A DNA stretch of 64,000 bases from Candidatus Kapaibacterium sp. (GTDB taxonomy: Bacteria > Bacteroidota > Ignavibacteria > Kapaibacteriales > UBA2268). A program made the position numbers and the translations under genes. The stretch spans positions 2,816,001 through 2,880,000 of the forward strand of contig OY761611.1 in NCBI GenBank assembly GCA_963664875.1, given 5' to 3'. Below are positions 58,695 through 64,000 of the stretch, piece after piece (position 1 is the first letter of the stretch; every line of letters begins with the position of its first letter). The notes under the pieces are model-generated. The model ran no database searches. It was not told where the DNA came from and was given only the letters and a program-made list of their open reading frames with translations.

Positions 58695-59996
58695 ATGGCA
58701 AATAATATGCAAGAAGCGGAACTTTGGATAGATAGAGGCGACGGATTTTTCAAAGCCCAGGATTATGAAAAAGCTGTGGAATGTTTTTCCAGAGCGATAG
58801 ATATGAATCCCCGTGCAGCTTTTGCTTTTTTTAAAAGAGGCAATGCTCTTTACGCTATGGACAAATTCAAAGAGTCGATTCCTGACTATAACAATGCCAT
58901 AATATTAAACAAAGAATTCTCATTTGCCTATTTCAAAAGAGGCTCTGCTTACTACGAAATAAGACACTATCAAAATGCTGCAGATGATTTGTCAATTGCT
59001 TTGCAGCTCAATCCTGACTTATCTTTTGCTTATTACAAGCGGGGTATGTGCCGAAAAGTCTTTAAAGACTACAAAGGTGCTATCGAGGATTTTACTACGG
59101 CAATAGAAAAAAATCAAACTTATATGCTTGCTTATTTCAATCGTGCAAATTGCTATTTCGAACAGCAAGACTACGAAGTTGCTATAAAAGATTATAGTAA
59201 GGTGGTAGAGCTCGACCCGTCAAACGAACAGGCTTATACCTCAAGGGGTATTGCTCATGGTGCCCTTGGTAATTACTCCCAAGCCGTTATGGACTATTCC
59301 TCTGCTATAAATGTAAAATCAGATGCATGGTTGCCTTATAACTATCGTGGATTGGTGTATAGTAAACAAAAAGATTATTCAAAAGCTATAGATGATTTCA
59401 ACAAAGTAATTGAACTCAATCCTAAGTTGCCTGATCCTTATAACAATAGGGGTATCGCACACTTTGCTCTTAAACAGTTCGATAAAGCTATTGCGGACTA
59501 TACTCGTGCAATGGATTTGAATCCGAACTCAGCTCGATTATATTACAACAGAGCAAACTCGTACTACAACAATAAGCAGTTTTCAGAAGCCATAAATGAT
59601 TTTTCTTTTGCTTTGGAATTAGATCCTCAGTTGGAAACAGCATTTCTCGGAATAGCCAACTCGTATTTTAATCTTGGTCAATTCAAAGAGGCTATTAAAG
59701 AATATAGCAAGGCAATAACAGTCAATCCTAAACTCTTTCATGCTTATATAGGTCGTGGCAATTCTTTTATGAAGATAAAGCACTACAAAAAAGCATTGGA
59801 AGATTTTACTCTCGCTATTGAGCTGAAACCTGATAGTGCTCAGGCTTATATGAATAGGGGGATTGCATTTAGAGCAGAAAAAATGATTGACGATGCCGGC
59901 AATGATTTCAAAAAGTTTTTGGAATTTTCTCCGAAAAATACCCGCGCATCTATTCAGGTGAAACAGTGGCTCAAAAAGCAGGGAATTGCTTTCTAA
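58695..59996 (+). CDS. Tetratricopeptide repeat protein
   Basis: About 12 tandem 34-aa AY.NRG...AI.DY..AI.L.P repeats. Confidence 0.93.
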   Translation: MANNMQEAELWIDRGDGFFKAQDYEKAVECFSRAIDMNPRAAFAFFKRGNALYAMDKFKESIPDYNNAIILNKEFSFAYFKRGSAYYEIRHYQNAADDLSIALQLNPDLSFAYYKRGMCRKVFKDYKGAIEDFTTAIEKNQTYMLAYFNRANCYFEQQDYEVAIKDYSKVVELDPSNEQAYTSRGIAHGALGNYSQAVMDYSSAINVKSDAWLPYNYRGLVYSKQKDYSKAIDDFNKVIELNPKLPDPYNNRGIAHFALKQFDKAIADYTRAMDLNPNSARLYYNRANSYYNNKQFSEAINDFSFALELDPQLETAFLGIANSYFNLGQFKEAIKEYSKAITVNPKLFHAYIGRGNSFMKIKHYKKALEDFTLAIELKPDSAQAYMNRGIAFRAEKMIDDAGNDFKKFLEFSPKNTRASIQVKQWLKKQGIAF

Positions 59997-60053
59997 TTAT
60001 CTTCACTATATTTGATTAGCTTTACTATCCGGGGAAGTTATATCTAAATGTGA

Positions 60054-60437
60054 TTATTGCTTATTTATAGCAGATTTCAAAAAATTCTTAAACGACAAAG
60101 ATTCAGGTAAATTTGTATTTTCGTGATATGTCTTTGCCGGTAGATTCTTTCCGATTTCTTCACTTTGCGAAATGATTTTTTGATTTTCATCGCTTAGATC
60201 TGTAATCAGACTAACATTTTTTTCGGACACACCTATCAATAGTGTTTTTTCACCAGCTTCTATTACAAATAGACTACTTTTAGGTTGTAAGTGTAGCTTA
60301 GAAACAATTTTTAGATTTAATTTGCCGGAAGAGTTCTGGGCTTTAAGAGTGTACTTTTTAAGATAATAGAACATAAGCCCTATTATCCCTACACCTGCGA
60401 CCAAGGTAAGGAGAGATTGTAGCATCGTGCTATCCAT
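60054..60437 (-). CDS. fliO: Flagellar biosynthesis protein FliO
   Basis: TM helix then LHLQPKSSLFVIEAGEKTLLIGVSEKNVSLI; follows fliN. Confidence 0.88.
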   Translation of the reverse strand: MDSTMLQSLLTLVAGVGIIGLMFYYLKKYTLKAQNSSGKLNLKIVSKLHLQPKSSLFVIEAGEKTLLIGVSEKNVSLITDLSDENQKIISQSEEIGKNLPAKTYHENTNLPESLSFKNFLKSAINKQ

Positions 60438-60581
60438 AACTGTACTTCCTGTATTTGATGAATTAAGCTAACACATTCGCCGGATTGAAAGCTAAAGACC
60501 GGAAAATTATAAATATGAAATCCAAATTAAGTCGGCAAAAAGCCCTATGGTATTATTTCCAAACAAAATAGGGCTTGCCGC

Positions 60582-61010
60582 TTATCTTCTGAGATTACGC
60601 AATCTGTCTGCAGGGTCAACCAAAGTAGTAATCCTGATACCAAAATGTTTATCGATAACTACTACCTCACCCTCTGCAACCTTTTTGCCGTTAATAAGCA
60701 CGTCAACAGGCTCAGAGACAAGTTTATCAAATTCGATCACAGAACCTCTACCTAATCGCAGAATATCACGAATAAGCATATTGGTTCTGCCTAATTCAAT
60801 AGATACAGGCAGCTGAAGGTCATATAATAATTCGAGCTTAGGATCCAATGGCGAATATATAGTATCACTTTCGCCATAATCCATGTCTGCAAATTCTGCA
60901 CTTTCTGTATCTATATCACCGGAATCATGATCCGCTTGCATCCCCTCGCCAATATCATCGATGCCTCCACTCGAAATCAGAGCATCAATCTCTTCCTGAG
61001 TCATTGTCAT
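60582..61010 (-). CDS. fliN: Flagellar motor switch protein FliN
   Basis: [33 protein letters not shown]...FGIRIT. Confidence 0.95.
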   Translation of the reverse strand: MTMTQEEIDALISSGGIDDIGEGMQADHDSGDIDTESAEFADMDYGESDTIYSPLDPKLELLYDLQLPVSIELGRTNMLIRDILRLGRGSVIEFDKLVSEPVDVLINGKKVAEGEVVVIDKHFGIRITTLVDPADRLRNLRR

Positions 61011-62041
61011 TTTTTATCCTCCTTGTATGTAATATCCTGATCGACTAAGTCATCTTCTGTAAGCGGACGGGTAACTCGCACCGCCTTTTTGCCATCGACG
61101 CTTCCTGGTCTGCCGGCAAGTTTTCTTTTATCACTAATGATGAGTTCGATTTCCTGATTTATGCGTTTATTTAGTTTAACAACATCACCAATTTTCAAAT
61201 CCATCAATTCTTTAACTGATATAGCTGCTTTACCCAATTCGGCAATTATCGGCAAATAAGTAGTTGACATTTGCTGATTGAGTATATTCATATTGTCTTT
61301 TTTACGAGCTGCAGAGAGTTTCACTGCCGAAGAAGTTACCTGCTGTCTGTTAAGCTTAGCTAGAACTTCCTCCAGAGCAAACGTAGGAAAACAAAGATTC
61401 ATCAGGTAAGTATTCGTTCCGATATTCACATCGAAAGAAACTACCACCACAATCTCTGATGAAGGTGCGATTTGCACAAAATCTGCTTCCATTTCCAAAC
61501 GCTGAAACTTAAACTGCAAATCCGCAATTGCTTTCCATGCATTTCTCAAATCAGAAAGAGCATGCTCCACTATGCTGCGAATAACAGCCTGCTCTATTGG
61601 TGTGATTGTGCGTGCATTAGATTGAGTTTCTGCAGCGCCACCAAGTAATCTTTCAACAATAGTCAGTGCAAGCTGAGGGCTAATTTCCAAAATACCGCTA
61701 CCATCCGTGCCCTCTATGTCAAAAACATATAAGCAGCTTGGATTGGACACAGACAAAATAAACTCGGAATAGAATAACTGATCCACAGATGTTACCGTTA
61801 TGGGAACAACCGTTTGCAGTTTAGAAACGAGATAATAACCAAAAACCTCTGCAAAACTTTCGTGTACTGTCTGCAGTGTTCTTACTTGGTTTTTGGAAAT
61901 ACGGTTAGGTCGTCTAAAGTCATAGTTAGAAATATCGCCCTTAGGCAAATTCCCACCAAGCACCTCTTCGACATCGACCCTACCGCTGGTCATCTCCGAG
62001 AGTAAACTATCTATCTCATTTTGCGATAAAACGTCAGTCAT
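61007..62041 (-). CDS. fliM: Flagellar motor switch protein FliM
   Basis: [10 protein letters not shown] CheY-binding motif, [17 protein letters not shown]. Confidence 0.96.
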   Translation of the reverse strand: MTDVLSQNEIDSLLSEMTSGRVDVEEVLGGNLPKGDISNYDFRRPNRISKNQVRTLQTVHESFAEVFGYYLVSKLQTVVPITVTSVDQLFYSEFILSVSNPSCLYVFDIEGTDGSGILEISPQLALTIVERLLGGAAETQSNARTITPIEQAVIRSIVEHALSDLRNAWKAIADLQFKFQRLEMEADFVQIAPSSEIVVVVSFDVNIGTNTYLMNLCFPTFALEEVLAKLNRQQVTSSAVKLSAARKKDNMNILNQQMSTTYLPIIAELGKAAISVKELMDLKIGDVVKLNKRINQEIELIISDKRKLAGRPGSVDGKKAVRVTRPLTEDDLVDQDITYKEDKK

Positions 62042-62072
62042 AGCCTTCCTTTGCTACAAGATTACAATCATC

Positions 62073-62720
62073 CTATTGAATCAAAAATTCAACCAACACT
62101 ACATCTCTCAAATAGATTTTGTGTTTTTTATATACAACTCTTATGTCATCTCTAAGTTTTGTTCTGAGAGCTTCTCTGTCTTGAAGCTGCTCAACAGTCA
62201 TTGAGCCTATTGTGTTATTGATTACCCCTTTGACTCTCGCCATGACCGGATCAGGCCCCGCAGGAGCACCACCACCGTGACCTCCGCCACCTTCTTCTTC
62301 GCCCTCAGTGTGTTTTTTTCTATACTCTAACCCCAAATTTAGTATCACAAAAGATGTACTACCTTTCGGGTTAGTAGTAATTCTGCCGGTTTCCATAAAC
62401 TCAACATTATCGTCACCGTGCAAAACATTTTCTTCTTCCAAATCATCTACAGATGCTTCATCGCCTTCTTCTGCGTGTTCATCTGAGGACTTATGTTTAT
62501 TATCGACCTTTTCCGTATGTTCTTTACCACCTTCTTGTGGCTCTGCAGCAGTTGGCTGCCCGACAAAGAACTTTATAGCCAGTATAATGATAACTGTATT
62601 TAAAATCAAACCACCCGCAATCACACCAATCCACATTGGAGTAGAAAGTCCACCTCCGCTTTTCTTGGGTTTTTTCGTGGGCATTTCCGGTTCTTGTACG
62701 CCTTGTTGTTCTTCAGCCAT
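62073..62720 (-). CDS. fliL: Flagellar basal-body protein FliL
   Basis: Single TM helix, ITTNP...LNLGLE, C-terminal DVVLVEFLIQ; upstream of fliM. Confidence 0.85.
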   Translation of the reverse strand: MAEEQQGVQEPEMPTKKPKKSGGGLSTPMWIGVIAGGLILNTVIIILAIKFFVGQPTAAEPQEGGKEHTEKVDNKHKSSDEHAEEGDEASVDDLEEENVLHGDDNVEFMETGRITTNPKGSTSFVILNLGLEYRKKHTEGEEEGGGGHGGGAPAGPDPVMARVKGVINNTIGSMTVEQLQDREALRTKLRDDIRVVYKKHKIYLRDVVLVEFLIQ

Positions 62721-63000
62721 TGTGTACTTCTGTTATATTATTAAACATACTATTCCGTAATATCAATAAAGTTAGCTTGAAAAGCAAGCTATAAGGCAAA
62801 ATATTTTTATCCTTATTCTTTACAACGAAAATAATGCCAATCTATGGTATGTTTACTAAACAACTTATATATAAAGAGGGCGGTAAGGGAAGCCGGATAA
62901 AGTAGTGTCGAATAATTGTCAAACTAAAAAAGTATGAGGCTAATAATATCCATTATTGTAGTAATAGCAGATGTTTTCTTTTGGGCTTTATATTATCTAA

Positions 63001-63040
63001 AAAAACAACCGGTTCAAAATAATTCTGACCGGTTGTTTTT
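63001..63040 (-). terminator. Terminator
   Basis: AAAAACAACCGGT...ACCGGTTGTTTTT. Confidence 0.75.
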
Positions 63041-63075
63041 ATAAATGCTTTTATGTAAAATGCTTCGGACTATTG

Positions 63076-63999
63076 CTAATCTTCTAAAGCATCTAAAATA
63101 TCAAGTACTATTTTTTCTACAAGTTCTTCTTTGTAGCCTTCTTCTGCAAGATCTTCAGCCAATACAGGAAGAATGTTGTAGTCTAATTCGCAAGCTTCAG
63201 TAAAAAAGTTTACAGCACTGTCATACTTGTCTCTGCTTAGCTCTATGCGTCCGATATAGTAATAAGACTCTGAATGCTCTGGGCTAAGCTGAATGCTTTT
63301 ATTCAAAGCGTGTTCTGCCTTTTTAAAAAACTTGAGTTCGTAACAAGTACGTGCATAATCGAACCAACAATCTGCATTATTAGGATTGACATCACAAGCC
63401 TTTTCATAAGCCTTGCAGGCTTTTTTTAGTTCGTTATTGTTGTAGTATGCATCACCAAGAGAGTATAGCACTTCGAAACTATACGGATTGATTTCAAGAG
63501 CCTTATTGTAGTCATCTATTGCTTTGTCGAACGATTCGATTGCGTCGTAGCATATCGCTCTGCCAAAGTAAGAAGAACTTTTTTTAGGATTTTTAGTCAA
63601 AATCTGAGTAAAGATTTCAATTGCAGCTACGTAGTTCCCTGCATCGCCAAGTGCACTTGCAAGAAACTGTTTGGCTTCCAAATCATTGGGATTGACAGCA
63701 AGAGCTCTACGGAAACAATCAGTAGCTTCTTCCAACTGCTCGAGGTGCATCAAAGAGTGACCTTTATGTACCCAAGCATCAGCGAACTCCTCTTCAATCA
63801 GCACCGCATAGTCAAAAGCTTTTATTGCTTCCTCGTACTTCCCTGTGTGATTGTAGAGCAAACCACAATTATACCATAAATCACTATCGAATGGGTTTTC
63901 ATCAACAGCTTTGATGTAATACTCCAATGAGAGTTCAAATTCGCCAATGCAATTATAGGAATAAGCTATTTCCTGATATACATCTTTGACAAACTCTTT
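63076..63999 (-). CDS. Tetratricopeptide repeat protein (partial; 5' end outside the window)
   Basis: TPR repeats; frame stays open from 63927 to the window edge (KEFVKDVYQEIAYSYNCIGEF...). Confidence 0.88.
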   Translation of the reverse strand, partial: KEFVKDVYQEIAYSYNCIGEFELSLEYYIKAVDENPFDSDLWYNCGLLYNHTGKYEEAIKAFDYAVLIEEEFADAWVHKGHSLMHLEQLEEATDCFRRALAVNPNDLEAKQFLASALGDAGNYVAAIEIFTQILTKNPKKSSSYFGRAICYDAIESFDKAIDDYNKALEINPYSFEVLYSLGDAYYNNNELKKACKAYEKACDVNPNNADCWFDYARTCYELKFFKKAEHALNKSIQLSPEHSESYYYIGRIELSRDKYDSAVNFFTEACELDYNILPVLAEDLAEEGYKEELVEKIVLDILDALED

Positions 64000-64000
64000 G

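Noticed and set aside
58695-59996. 102-nt periodicity as a DNA repeat element
   Set aside because: Explained by 34-aa TPR protein repeats.
2041-62760. Many 60-150-aa ORFs antisense to or overlapping identified genes (e.g. 2486-2869, 9704-10087, 22141-22494, 37870-38271, 62308-62760)
   Set aside because: Shadow ORFs of well-supported genes with no recognisable motifs.

Overview
AT-rich bacterial chromosome segment, probably from a flagellated member of the Bacteroidota/Chlorobiota/Ignavibacteria group. Ca. Kapabacteria-like is my inference from T9SS C-terminal domains, a TTTG-N20-TAnnTTTG promoter and the gene content. Motility: fliC-fliS-fliD-flaG-fliT-like-flgM-like at the left end, fliL-fliM-fliN-fliO at the right end, and a lone cheV. 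Housekeeping: ssb, pyrE, mnmE, ribB, rpsT, mgtE, murG, typA, smpB, ccmB, tRNA-Arg(ACG) and tRNA-Gln(CTG). There are also many secreted proteases and several orphan signalling proteins. Most notable: (1) an array of three unrelated exported proteins at ~11.98-14.3 kb, each followed by a copy of the same decayed signal-peptide-coding repeat, which looks like an immunity-gene array left by serially deleted polymorphic-toxin units; (2) an FMN riboswitch with a ~184-nt branched insertion ahead of ribB-msrC-mnmE; (3) flagellar regulatory signals readable from the DNA (sigma28 promoters, CsrA-type sites, a sigma54-like motif inside the fliC terminator); (4) several enzymes that appear to have lost catalytic residues. 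I saw no CRISPR array, integrase or transposase. All product calls come from motif recognition by eye; no database searches were run.
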